The notes beneath the pieces were generated by a model. It did no database searches. It saw only the letters and a list, made by a program, of their open reading frames with translations, and was not told the origin of the DNA. This document shows, in pieces, positions 9,526 to 18,879 of a stretch of 64,000 bases of DNA. The position numbers were made by a program, and so were the translations under genes. Position 1 is the stretch's first letter. Each line of letters starts with the position of its first letter. Source of the DNA: Alphaproteobacteria bacterium (lineage in GTDB: Bacteria; Pseudomonadota; Alphaproteobacteria; UBA7887); the NCBI GenBank assembly GCA_965216755.1, contig CBDCGL010000011.1, positions 3,328,001 to 3,392,000 of the forward strand, read 5' to 3'.

Positions 9526-10545
9526 TTACAGAACGTAGTCCGAACTGGCCCGGACATCCCCGCGCTGCAAGCGCCGTCGCCACCAGTCGATGGTTCGCGC
9601 CAAGCCATCGCGCAAGCTGGTCTCAGGTTGCCATCCTGTATGAGATGAAAAACGCTGCCAATCGGCGAGCAGAGCGCGCACTTCCGATCCCGGCGGTCGC
9701 TGTCGTCGCGGGTCCTCTCGAATCGGCTTGGTGGTGCCGGTCAGTTCGCGCACCATTTCGACCATTGCGCCGATGGTCACCGCGACGCCGGTGCCGGCAT
9801 TGTAGGGCATGCCATGGTCCAATCCCGTGGTGGCGCCGGCAGCGAGAAAGGCGGCGGCGGTGTCGCCGACAAAGGTGAAGTCACGGGACGGGCTTAAATC
9901 ACCCAATGCGATGCTGTCGCAATCGGGATCCAAGGCCTGGCGGATCGTGCTGGCGATGACGGCGCGCTCGCTTTGACGCGGACCGTAAGTGTTGAACGGG
10001 CGCAGCACGACGGCCGGTACTTCAAAGCTCAGGGCGTAAGCCTGGGCCATCATATCGGCCGCGATCTTACTCGCCGCATAGGGCGATTGGCCGGTCAACG
10101 GATGGTCTTCATCAATCGGCGTGCGCCGCGCCGTGCCATAGACCTCGCTGGTCGAGGTCATCACGACCCGTTCGGGACGGTGATTCCGTGCCGCTTCCAG
10201 CAAGTTGACGGCGCCGCCGACATTGACGTCAAGGTAGCTCTGGGCCGCCCGATAGGAATACGGGATCGCGATCAACGCCGCCAAATGAAAGATGATCTCC
10301 TGATCGGCGCACAGACGTCGCACGAAGTGGGCGTCGCGCATATCGCCGCGCACCAGCGTTAATTGGGCGCGGATGCCAGAGTCGAGACTGTCCAGCCAGC
10401 CATGGCTATCGCCGGCATTGTAAAGCGCCAACGCCGTCACCCGCGCCCCTTGTCCGACCAATGCCTCGGCCACATGAGAGCCAATGAAGCCGTCGGCGCC
10501 GGTCACCAAAATGCGGCGACCTTGATAGCTGCTTGTCTGGGTCAT
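9526..10545 (-). CDS. legB: NDP-GlcNAc 4,6-dehydratase, LegB-like SDR
   Basis: VTGADGFIGSH, LYN...GWLD, HLAALIAIPYSY, TSTSEVYG, YAASK, RPFNTYGPRQS. Confidence 0.8.
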   Translation of the reverse strand: MTQTSSYQGRRILVTGADGFIGSHVAEALVGQGARVTALALYNAGDSHGWLDSLDSGIRAQLTLVRGDMRDAHFVRRLCADQEIIFHLAALIAIPYSYRAAQSYLDVNVGGAVNLLEAARNHRPERVVMTSTSEVYGTARRTPIDEDHPLTGQSPYAASKIAADMMAQAYALSFEVPAVVLRPFNTYGPRQSERAVIASTIRQALDPDCDSIALGDLSPSRDFTFVGDTAAAFLAAGATTGLDHGMPYNAGTGVAVTIGAMVEMVRELTGTTKPIREDPRRQRPPGSEVRALLADWQRFSSHTGWQPETSLRDGLARTIDWWRRRLQRGDVRASSDYVL

Positions 10546-10707
10546 GTGCGCCTGACTTGCTGAACCAAAACTGCGCCCGGCACCTTAACCGAAAATCGAC
10601 ACCGGTCCAGACGTGCGGCTTAGGCTTTCCTTAAACCCGTGTTGGTAGGGTGGTCATCGCGATATCCACGCCCGGCGCAGAGGCGCCCAAGTCCAACGGT
10701 GACTGTC

Positions 10708-11421
10708 ATGACTGTCGAACCCATCCGCGTTTTTGTCGGCTACGACCCCCGCGAAGCGGTGACCTTCAGCGTCCTTGCGCACAGCATCCATCGTCATGCC
10801 AGCGTACCGGTTTCAATTACGCCGCTGATGCTGTCGCAGCTGGGCGGTGTGATGACCCGGCCGCGCGATCCCTTGCAGTCCACCGACTTCTCGTTTTCGC
10901 GCTTTCTGACGCCCTATCTGTGCGGCTTTCAGGGTTGGTCGTTGTTTACCGACTGCGACATGATCGTGTGCGACGATATCGCCAAGCTATGGGCGTTACG
11001 CGATGATCGTTATGCCGTGATGTGCGTTCAGCACGACCACAAGCCGACCGAGTCGGTGAAGTTCTTGGGCGCGGTCCAAACCAAATATGACAAAAAGAAC
11101 TGGTCCAGCGTGATGCTATTCAACAATGCCAAATGCGCCGCGTTGACGCCTGAGTATGTCAATTCGGCCAGTGGCTTGGAACTGCACCAGTTCAAGTGGC
11201 TCGACGACGACTCCTTGATCGGCGCGGTGCCGCAAGACTGGAACCACCTGGTCGACGTGAATCCCGCAAACGCCGATGCGAAGTTGGTCCACTACACGCT
11301 CGGCGGGCCGTATTTTAACGAATATATGAACTGCGAATTCGCTGCCGAATGGTTCGATGAATATAGCCAAACCGTGCGGTGCGACCAACGGGTTGCCGAA
11401 AAACCAGCCAAGACCGGCTGA
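10708..11421 (+). CDS. GT-A fold glycosyltransferase (GT8-like, plant CDI-like)
   Basis: FVGYDPRE, STDFSFSRFL, TDCDM (DxD), KKNWSSVMLFN, WNHLV, HYTLGGP; start moved to ATG 10708. Confidence 0.8.
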   Translation: MTVEPIRVFVGYDPREAVTFSVLAHSIHRHASVPVSITPLMLSQLGGVMTRPRDPLQSTDFSFSRFLTPYLCGFQGWSLFTDCDMIVCDDIAKLWALRDDRYAVMCVQHDHKPTESVKFLGAVQTKYDKKNWSSVMLFNNAKCAALTPEYVNSASGLELHQFKWLDDDSLIGAVPQDWNHLVDVNPANADAKLVHYTLGGPYFNEYMNCEFAAEWFDEYSQTVRCDQRVAEKPAKTG

Positions 11422-11439
11422 TTCGGCCACCGCGGCGCA

Positions 11440-12378
11440 CTATTCCGTGGCGATCATGTCGCGATAGGTTTGGTCGAGCCGTTCAAATAGCTCGTCGCAC
11501 ATTTGTTGAATGCGTGGATCGCGTGCCGCGAACGGGCTTTTGCGCACCGATGTGGCGAAGATCGACGACAGGAATCGTGGTGACAGCTTGCAACCGATCG
11601 CTTCAAAAATGCGCGCGAAACTGGTTTCTGGTTGGGCGACCAGATCCTCGTATTTGACCAGTAACACGCGCGGATTGCTGTCCAGCGCTTGGGCGAAATA
11701 GAACTGATTGCGCAAATACCAAAACACCGCCGCGGCGTCTTCGGCGGGCATATCGTCGGCATATAATTCCGAGACGCGCGCGATCAGCGCCGGTGTCAAC
11801 CGTTCCGCGCGCCAGCCGAGCTTGGGCCACGCGCCGTCGCGGATCCATCGCAGAACGTCTTTTTGATGTTCGCCCCAATAGCGCACCGCCGAATTCGCCA
11901 CATCGCCGTAATGGCGAAAAATCCAGATAGCGACGGCGCGCGAATCCAGTTCCAAGATCCGATCCGCCGCTTGGGAATTCATGATCGGCTTAAACGCGAT
12001 GGTCGGCGCATGGCTGTGCGCGATCAGACCCTTAATGGTGTCCGCATCGCGCAGCAGTCCGTATTTCAAGGCCGCGTTGGTGCCTTCCGGATAAACCCAA
12101 ATCTCCGGCGATTGATCCAAGATCTCGCCCAGCATTGTGGTGCCTGATCGTTGGCAACCCAGAATGAAGACGGGTGTTTTCGGTTGGTTGGCCCGATAGC
12201 GCAGGCGTTGCCACAGATATTTGCGCGCCAATTTCAGGCGCGTGGCGGCCGCGCGCCAAGCCCGCCCCATGGTCATCGGGTCAGGTTCCGGGCCCTGAAT
12301 GCGCAAATCATAGTTGCCGAATTCAGATTGCGGGCGCGTCTCGTGTCTGTCGTCCGAATCCGAGACCTTGATGTTCAT
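11440..12378 (-). CDS. Sulfotransferase (PAPS-dependent)
   Basis: 5'-PSB loop GCQRSGTTML, 3'-PB IFRHYGDVANS, VKYEDLV; start uncertain (ORF open to 12450). Confidence 0.85.
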   Translation of the reverse strand: MNIKVSDSDDRHETRPQSEFGNYDLRIQGPEPDPMTMGRAWRAAATRLKLARKYLWQRLRYRANQPKTPVFILGCQRSGTTMLGEILDQSPEIWVYPEGTNAALKYGLLRDADTIKGLIAHSHAPTIAFKPIMNSQAADRILELDSRAVAIWIFRHYGDVANSAVRYWGEHQKDVLRWIRDGAWPKLGWRAERLTPALIARVSELYADDMPAEDAAAVFWYLRNQFYFAQALDSNPRVLLVKYEDLVAQPETSFARIFEAIGCKLSPRFLSSIFATSVRKSPFAARDPRIQQMCDELFERLDQTYRDMIATE

Positions 12379-12514
12379 GGTCGGGACGTTTTTTGGGATC
12401 CGCTGTTTGGTGCGGCGAAGGGCGAAGTTGGTCCAGAATATAGAGGCCACACCGGTGAAGACAACGCCGCTTTGCGGGCGCCGAGTCGGACGCGCGCGAG
12501 CTTTTGTTTGAAGC

Positions 12515-12563
12515 TTGACCTGGCGTTCAAATTATGAACACCTTTCGCGTTCATAATGTGAAC
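12515..12563 (+). promoter_or_regulatory. Two GTTCA-N5-TGAAC palindromic operators next to a TTGACC -35-like hexamer
   Basis: GTTCAAATTATGAAC at 12525-12539 and GTTCATAATGTGAAC at 12549-12563; TTGACC at 12515-12520; AT-rich island in a divergent intergenic region. Confidence 0.7.
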
Positions 12564-12612
12564 GCATTGCCGCGCCCCGGCGCGGCAGGGTTTGCCTCAG
12601 ACGCTCTAACCT

Positions 12613-12646
12613 GGTGAAGCCTTTCACCCGGAATGGCGGTAGCGTG
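12613..12646 (+). promoter_or_regulatory. ops element (RfaH loading site) with upstream stem-loop, JUMPStart-like
   Basis: GGCGGTAGCGTG at 12635-12646 matches the ops consensus GGCGGTAGnnTG, 21 nt before ATG 12668; hairpin GGTGAA-gcct-TTCACC at 12613-12628. Confidence 0.8.
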
Positions 12647-12667
12647 CCCCGCGGCCGTCAATTGTTC

Positions 12668-13807
12668 ATGATACCCAGCTCGCAAACAACCTATGTTCGG
12701 CAAACGCCATTGCCGGCAACGGGTGCGCCGTGGCCGCGTCGCGCGGCGACCGACTTGTGGCGGCATTTCGTCCGGCGCCTCTATCGGAGCCCGCGTTTGG
12801 CGGTGACCGAGGCCGACGTGGTGCAGGCCGCGCGGCCGCGCGATGTCGGGGCGGAAAGCATCAATATTTGCAATGCCCGGTGCACGTTTTGCGGCTATGG
12901 CAAGGGGCCTGACGGCAAGGCCGCGGACGCGCGGCGCAAGGGCAAGTTATCCGCGGACGTGTTTCGTCACACTTTGCGGCTTTACTCTGCCGCGGGCGGC
13001 GGTGTCTTCGCCCTGTCGCCGATCTTGGGTGAAGTGTCGGCGGACCCGCGCTGGCTCGACATGGTGCGCGAGGCGCGCAGCTTCGACAACATCACCGGTG
13101 TCAGCTGTTTCACCAATGCCATCCTCCTGCATCGCTTCGGCGCCGATGCCATCGTCACCGCGGGCATCACCCATATGGCGTTGTCAACCTCGCTTGGCTC
13201 GGCGGAACAGTACCGGCGGCTCTATGGGGTCGACAAATATGATCAGGTGGTGGCCAACATTCTGGACCTGTTGCGTGCCAACCAGCGCCATGGCGCGCCG
13301 GTCGATATCAGCATTCATTTGCGCATCGACAAGCCGTTTTCGAGATTCTTTCGCTCGGACATTTATGCCGAACTGCTGAAATATGTGCCGGCGTCGCGTA
13401 TTCAAATCTTGGATGATGGCTGGGACGATTTCAAAGGCCTGATTGGTTCGGACGGCCTGCCCGGTGGTCAACAGTTCAAGGTTCAATATCCAGACAAATC
13501 TGTGCCGTGCTATGCGATTTATAGAAAGTTGCAGGTGCTGAAGGACGGCACGATCCAAGGCTGTTCGTGCCGGATCGAACCCGATCTGTGGGTCGGCAAC
13601 ATCATGGACTTTGACAGCATGGAAGCGGCGTGGCGCAACCCGGCCTTTGAAGCGCTGCGGGCAAACTGGCATGCGGGCACGATCCCAAACAGCTGCAAGA
13701 ATTGTAGCCATTACGAGCCCTACACCAATTTGCTGCGCGCGGCACGACCCGTCACCGTGGCACGGGCGATTGTCGGCAAGCTCAAACGCGTGCTGGGACG
13801 GGCCTGA
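12668..13807 (+). CDS. Radical SAM protein with SPASM/Twitch domain
   Basis: CNARCTFC (CxxxCxxC); C-terminal PC...DGTIQGCSC...VGNI...CKNC. Confidence 0.85.
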   Translation: MIPSSQTTYVRQTPLPATGAPWPRRAATDLWRHFVRRLYRSPRLAVTEADVVQAARPRDVGAESINICNARCTFCGYGKGPDGKAADARRKGKLSADVFRHTLRLYSAAGGGVFALSPILGEVSADPRWLDMVREARSFDNITGVSCFTNAILLHRFGADAIVTAGITHMALSTSLGSAEQYRRLYGVDKYDQVVANILDLLRANQRHGAPVDISIHLRIDKPFSRFFRSDIYAELLKYVPASRIQILDDGWDDFKGLIGSDGLPGGQQFKVQYPDKSVPCYAIYRKLQVLKDGTIQGCSCRIEPDLWVGNIMDFDSMEAAWRNPAFEALRANWHAGTIPNSCKNCSHYEPYTNLLRAARPVTVARAIVGKLKRVLGRA

Positions 13808-14434
13808 ATGGCGCGCGAACCGACCGCGCGCGACGGTCGCGAACAAGCGATTGTTCGCGAAGTTCTTGAACGGATCGACGAATCGCAAGAGATCAGTCAG
13901 CGGCAATTGGCCTCGGATTTGGGGATCGCCTTGGGCATGGCCAACGCCTATATCAAGCGCTGCATTCGCAAGGGCTGGATCAAGGTCAACGAGGCGCCGG
14001 CCCGCCGCTATCGCTATTACCTGACGCCAAAAGGGTTCGCCGAAAAAAGCCGACTGACGGCGCAATACTTTTCTGATTCCCTGCGTTTTTTCGGCCGCGC
14101 CCGGCAAAGTTACGATGCCTTGTTCGCGCAATTGGTGCGGCGCGGCGCGCGCCGCGTGGTGCTGTGCGGTGCCGATGAGCTGACTGAAATCGCGGCACTG
14201 TGCGCCCTGAAACACGATGTTAAGGTGGTCGGCGTGCTGCGCGGCGATGGGCGCGATGATCCGCTTGCCGGGCTACCGGCGATCGGCGAAGCATCTGCGG
14301 GCAATGTCGACTATTGGGTGATCGCCAGCTCCAGCGACGCCGCGCCGCTCTATACGCGAATTGGCGCCGCCAAAGGGCTTGATCATGTTGCCTATCCAGA
14401 GCTGTTGCGCCGGGTGGTGGGCGCGGCGCAATGA
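13808..14434 (+). CDS. Winged-helix MarR-like regulator (EPS-associated type) with C-terminal Rossmann-like domain
   Basis: SQRQLASDLGIALGMANAYIKRCIRKG, YYLTPKGFAEK; C-terminal VVLCGADE. Confidence 0.85.
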   Translation: MAREPTARDGREQAIVREVLERIDESQEISQRQLASDLGIALGMANAYIKRCIRKGWIKVNEAPARRYRYYLTPKGFAEKSRLTAQYFSDSLRFFGRARQSYDALFAQLVRRGARRVVLCGADELTEIAALCALKHDVKVVGVLRGDGRDDPLAGLPAIGEASAGNVDYWVIASSSDAAPLYTRIGAAKGLDHVAYPELLRRVVGAAQ

Positions 14435-15564
14435 GCGTGCCATCTGCGCGGCGGCCCTTGCACATGTTTGAACCCGATTTGGGTGATGCCGAAGAGCAGG
14501 CGGTCGTGGCGGTTTTGCGGTCTGGCTGGGTTGCCATGGGGCCCAAGGTCGAGGCCTTTGAAGAACGATTTGCTGCGTTGACCGGGTCCGGCCACGCGGT
14601 TGCAGTGGGGTCGTGTACCGCCGCCCTACATTTGACCAATCTGGCCCTGGACATCGGACCAGGCGACGACGTGATCGTGCCGTCGCTGACCTTCGCGGCG
14701 ACCGCCAACGCCGTCCACATGACCGGCGCGACCCCGGTGTTCGCCGATGTTGTCGGGCCTGACGATTGGACGATCTCCGCCGATGACGTGGCGCGAAAAT
14801 TGACCGACCGGACGCGGGCGGTCATCGCCATGCATTATGCTGGCCACGCGGCTGACATGGATCGCCTGGCGGCGGTGTGCCAAAAGGCTGATGTCGACTT
14901 GATCGAAGACGCCTGCCACGGTCTGGGTGGGCAGCTTGGTGATCGCGCGCTCGGCGCCATCGGTCGAGCCGGATGTTTTAGTTTCTATAGTAATAAATTG
15001 ATCACCACCGGCGAGGGCGGCATGGTGACCACCGATGACCAAGCGCTGGCGGAACGGATCAAACGCTTGCGTTCGCACGGCATGACCGCGACGGCGATCG
15101 ATCGCGTGCGCGGTGCCATGATCTATGACGTGACCGAACCTGGCCTCAACTATCGTCTGGATGACCTGCGCGCGGCCCTGGGCCTGGCACAGTTGGATCG
15201 GATCAATGACAAATTGGCCCGTCGGCACGAATTGGTCGCCCGATACGAGTCGCGCTTGGCGGTTATGGACGGCGTCGCAACGCCCGATTGCGGCCGGCGC
15301 GGTCGCTCGGCCCACTATCTGATGCCGGTGCGGCTGACGCAAGCCGATCGTGATGCGGTGCGTCGCCGATTGCAGGCCGATGGCATTCAAACGTCGGTGC
15401 ATTACCGCCCGGTCCATCAATTTGCACACTATCGTGATCAGGCCACACCTTTGCCGCTGACCGAGGACATCGGCGCCAAGACTCTCAGTTTGCCACTCTA
15501 TCCAAGCATGACTTTGGACCAAGTCGACCGCGTCTGTGACGCCCTGGCCGAGGCCGCGGGATAA
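14431..15564 (+). CDS. DegT/DnrJ/EryC1/StrS PLP sugar aminotransferase
   Basis: SCTAALHL, TFAATANA, IEDACH, FSFYSNKLITTGEGG. Confidence 0.92.
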   Translation: MSVPSARRPLHMFEPDLGDAEEQAVVAVLRSGWVAMGPKVEAFEERFAALTGSGHAVAVGSCTAALHLTNLALDIGPGDDVIVPSLTFAATANAVHMTGATPVFADVVGPDDWTISADDVARKLTDRTRAVIAMHYAGHAADMDRLAAVCQKADVDLIEDACHGLGGQLGDRALGAIGRAGCFSFYSNKLITTGEGGMVTTDDQALAERIKRLRSHGMTATAIDRVRGAMIYDVTEPGLNYRLDDLRAALGLAQLDRINDKLARRHELVARYESRLAVMDGVATPDCGRRGRSAHYLMPVRLTQADRDAVRRRLQADGIQTSVHYRPVHQFAHYRDQATPLPLTEDIGAKTLSLPLYPSMTLDQVDRVCDALAEAAG

Positions 15565-15588
15565 ATCGTCGAGGCACCCGTAAATCGC

Positions 15589-16185
15589 GTGTTGGTATTT
15601 GGCTATAGCGTCGAAGCGATGGTCCTGTTGCGCGGCTTGGGTCATCATGTGGTTGCCGTCGCCGATCCGATACCGCGAGCGGCGCACGCGCGCCCGGCGG
15701 CCGATGACGCGCTTGTTTGGCATGACGATGACGACGCCGCGCTGGCCGCGGGCGGCTTTGATCGGGTTGCCGTGATGATCGACGATCCGACGGCGCGCGC
15801 GCGGGTGCATGGCAGGCTTGCTGCCCGTGATTTGGCACCGCTGGACGTCGTCGCCGGCATCGTCGACGCGGGCGTTGACCACGGGCCCGGGTTGTGTGTG
15901 CAACGCTTGGCCAATGTTTCGGCCGGCACAAGCTTTGGCGCCGGCGGCCGGCTCAATATCGGCGCGAATGTCATGCATGATTGCCGGATCGGTGATTTCG
16001 TCACCGTCGCCCCGGGGGCCGTTGTGCTGGGCCATGTGACGATCGGCGCACAAAGCTATATCGGTGCCAATGCAACCATATTGCCGACGCGCACAATCGG
16101 TGACGGTTGCGTGGTCGGTGCCGGCGCGGTGGTCACCCGTGACGTGCCCGACGGCGCCGTTGTCAAAGGCAACCCGGCGCAATGA
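15589..16185 (+). CDS. NeuD/PglD-type hexapeptide sugar acetyltransferase
   Basis: MHDC catalytic His, hexapeptide repeats, GAGAVVTRDV...GNPA. Confidence 0.85.
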   Translation: MLVFGYSVEAMVLLRGLGHHVVAVADPIPRAAHARPAADDALVWHDDDDAALAAGGFDRVAVMIDDPTARARVHGRLAARDLAPLDVVAGIVDAGVDHGPGLCVQRLANVSAGTSFGAGGRLNIGANVMHDCRIGDFVTVAPGAVVLGHVTIGAQSYIGANATILPTRTIGDGCVVGAGAVVTRDVPDGAVVKGNPAQ

Positions 16186-17174
16186 CGCACCTGATCCAGG
16201 CGTGCGACGTTTTGTTTGTCGTCGATGCGTCGGCGGATGTTGGGTTCGGCCACGCCGCGCGGTGCTTGCACCTGGCAGATCTGGTGCGGCAGCGCCGGCC
16301 GCGCGCAGGTATCGCGTTTCAGGGGTCATTCACCGATGCGGCGCAGGTGCGCATCGCCAGGGCCAAGATTGACATTGTCGCGACAGACCATCGCGTTAAC
16401 GCGCCGATTTGTTTCGTCGATCGATTGGCCACGCCGGACAACGCGGACATTTGTGATCCGGCGCAAATTCGTGACCTGCAACAACGCTGTGGCCGGGTGG
16501 TCTACATGGCGTCTGGTGTCCGGGCACCAGAGCTTCCTGACGGCGTGATCTGTATCGGTTATCAACCAGGCGGGCCACCTGAGCGGCCGCCGTGGCTTTT
16601 GTGGGGGTGGCGCTTTGCGCCAGTGCCCGAGGGGTTTTCGCGGTTGGCTGAAACCCCGCCTGAGCACGGGTCGGTGCTGATCGCGCTCGGCGGTGGCGCG
16701 GACGCGGCCACGCTGCGCCGCGTTGTCGACGCTGTGCGCGCGACGGACCAGGCTGCAAAGATCGATATTCTGGGGTCGCCGGTATGGCGGAGCGATCTTG
16801 TGGACGCGATCGGCGCAGACCGGATTTTGTGGCACAAAGATGTGCCCGACGTGCGCCCCTTGTTGGCGGGCGCAGCGTTGGTCGTTGCCAGCCAGGGCAA
16901 CTTTGCCTATGAAGCGATGGCCGCCGCGCGACCGTTGGTAATTCTGGGGCTCAAGGCATTTCAAGCCAATATCGGGCATCGTCTGGCTGAGGCCGGCCTT
17001 GCGGTCTATGGCGGCACCGGTACGGCACAAGACAGTGCGCGTTTGGCGTCGGCGTTGGCGCGGGGTCGTGCAGACGCGGCGGCGTTGCGCGCGACCATGC
17101 GCGAGACGATTGATGATCGGGGCTTTGTGCGCATCGCCGATCAACTTCTGGAAGATCGTAGGGTGACCGTGTGA
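16182..17174 (+). CDS. PseG/SpsG-like UDP-sugar hydrolase (GT-B fold), divergent
   Basis: DASADVGFGHAARC motif, LIALGG, AYEA. Confidence 0.7.
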   Translation: MTHLIQACDVLFVVDASADVGFGHAARCLHLADLVRQRRPRAGIAFQGSFTDAAQVRIARAKIDIVATDHRVNAPICFVDRLATPDNADICDPAQIRDLQQRCGRVVYMASGVRAPELPDGVICIGYQPGGPPERPPWLLWGWRFAPVPEGFSRLAETPPEHGSVLIALGGGADAATLRRVVDAVRATDQAAKIDILGSPVWRSDLVDAIGADRILWHKDVPDVRPLLAGAALVVASQGNFAYEAMAAARPLVILGLKAFQANIGHRLAEAGLAVYGGTGTAQDSARLASALARGRADAAALRATMRETIDDRGFVRIADQLLEDRRVTV

Positions 17175-17875
17175 CGGCGTCGGTGGTCGCGGTTATTCAG
17201 GCGCGCATGGGATCGAAACGATTACCTGGCAAAGTGCTGGCGCCGCTGGCTGGCGCGCCTCTGCTGCAGCACTTGGTCGCGCGGGTGCGGCGTTCCCGGC
17301 GCCTTGACGACGTGGTTGTCGCGACCAGCGATCAGGCCGCGGACGATGCCATCACCGCGCTGTGCGCGACACTTGGCGTCGCGTGTTTTCGCGGCAGTGA
17401 ATGGGATGTCTTGGATCGGGTGTTGGCGGCGGCGGGCAACGCCGAGATCGTTGTGCGGTTGACGGCCGACAATCCGTTCGTTGATGGCGCCTTGATTGAT
17501 TATGTGTTGGCCGCGGCGCTGCCGACCATGCCGCCGGCGGTCTATGCCAGCAATATTGCGTGCGGCGACTTCCCGGTGGGACTCTATGTGGAGGTCGCCG
17601 CCAAAGCGGCGTTGCTGGTGGCCGCTGAGAGTAGCGATCCCGCCGATCGTGAACATGTCACCTGGTATTTGCGCCGCCAACCTGAACGATTTCCGGCGAC
17701 CGATGTTGGCGCGCCAGGCCGGTTTCCCGATATGCCGCTGACCATCGACACGGCGGCGGATCTCACAAGGGTCGGCGGGTTGTTCGCCGCGTTCCATGGC
17801 CGCGATCCGAACTTCAATTATCGCGATCTTATGGCCCTGGCCATACCCAAACAGGAAAGGCAAGCGGCGCCATGA
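17171..17875 (+). CDS. SpsF-type cytidylyltransferase (CMP-NulO synthetase-like)
   Basis: IQARMGSKRLPGKVL, RGSEWDVLDR, RLTADNP, REHVT, LTIDT. Confidence 0.85.
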   Translation: MTASVVAVIQARMGSKRLPGKVLAPLAGAPLLQHLVARVRRSRRLDDVVVATSDQAADDAITALCATLGVACFRGSEWDVLDRVLAAAGNAEIVVRLTADNPFVDGALIDYVLAAALPTMPPAVYASNIACGDFPVGLYVEVAAKAALLVAAESSDPADREHVTWYLRRQPERFPATDVGAPGRFPDMPLTIDTAADLTRVGGLFAAFHGRDPNFNYRDLMALAIPKQERQAAP

Positions 17876-18879
17876 CCGATGCGCTGATGATTAGCCAAAC
17901 AAAGATTGGTGACGGTGCGCCACCCTATTTGATCGCCGAAATCGGCATCAATCACGGTGGCGACGTTGGTTTGGCGGCGCGCATGATCAAAGAGGCGCGG
18001 GCTGCTGGCGCCCAGGCCGCCAAGTTGCAAGCGTTCCGCACCGCTGCTTTGGTGGCGCGCACCAGCCCCTATTTTCAGGTGCTTGACGATGCCGCGCTCA
18101 GCAAATCGGCGTTGGCGCAACTGGTGGGAGTCGCGCGCGACGCGGGCGTTGCCATGTTCGCCTCTGTCTTCGATGAAGACAGTGCAGACACCATGGCGGA
18201 TCTGGATGCGCCGGCGTTCAAGATCGCGTCCGGCGACATCAACCATTTGCCCCTGTTGCGCCATGTCGCGGCGTTCGGACGGCCAATGATCATCTCGACC
18301 GGCGGCGCGACCATGGGTGATATCGAACGCGCGCTGTCGGCCGTGTCCCAAGGCGGCGCTGCGCCCGTGGCGTTGCTGCATTGTGTGTCGCACTATCCGA
18401 CTCCGGCGGCGCAAGCCAATTTGGCTTGCTTGCCGACCATCAAGGCGCAGTTCGGTGTCCCGGTTGGCTTTTCCGATCACACAATGGGCGAAGCGGTGGC
18501 CCTGGCGGCCGCCGCGTTGGGCGCCGACATCATCGAGAAACACTTCACCTTCGATCGCGACGCGCCGGGCCCGGACCATGCCTTGTCGTCGGATCCGGCC
18601 GGTTTGACGCGCTTGGCTGAAGGGCTGCAGACGGTTTGGCAAGCGGTCGGCCACAGTCAAAAAATGCCGGTCGAGACCACAGATCACGTCACTCAAATTC
18701 GCCGCTGTGTCACGGCGGACGTGGCCATCCCGGCAGGCACCGAGGTTCGCGCCGACATGCTGGCGGTGAAACGGCCGGGCACGGGTCTCGCGCCGGACGC
18801 CCGCGACCTGGTGGTCGGCCGCCGCGCGCGCCAAGACATCCCGGCCGAAACCGCCATCGACTGGTCTATGATCGATTGA
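17872..18879 (+). CDS. neuB: Nonulosonic acid synthase (NeuB family), copy 1
   Basis: IAEIGINHGG, KIASGD, LHCVSHYP, GFSDHT, IEKHFT, GPDH; SAF domain KRPGTG. Confidence 0.92.
   Translation: MTDALMISQTKIGDGAPPYLIAEIGINHGGDVGLAARMIKEARAAGAQAAKLQAFRTAALVARTSPYFQVLDDAALSKSALAQLVGVARDAGVAMFASVFDEDSADTMADLDAPAFKIASGDINHLPLLRHVAAFGRPMIISTGGATMGDIERALSAVSQGGAAPVALLHCVSHYPTPAAQANLACLPTIKAQFGVPVGFSDHTMGEAVALAAAALGADIIEKHFTFDRDAPGPDHALSSDPAGLTRLAEGLQTVWQAVGHSQKMPVETTDHVTQIRRCVTADVAIPAGTEVRADMLAVKRPGTGLAPDARDLVVGRRARQDIPAETAIDWSMID

Noticed and set aside
14626-16329. 567-aa - strand ORF, and similar long antisense ORFs at 3426-4304, 30970-32085, 42983-44410 and 50389-51513
   Set aside because: Shadow frames of well-supported genes in high-GC DNA, with no recognisable motifs.
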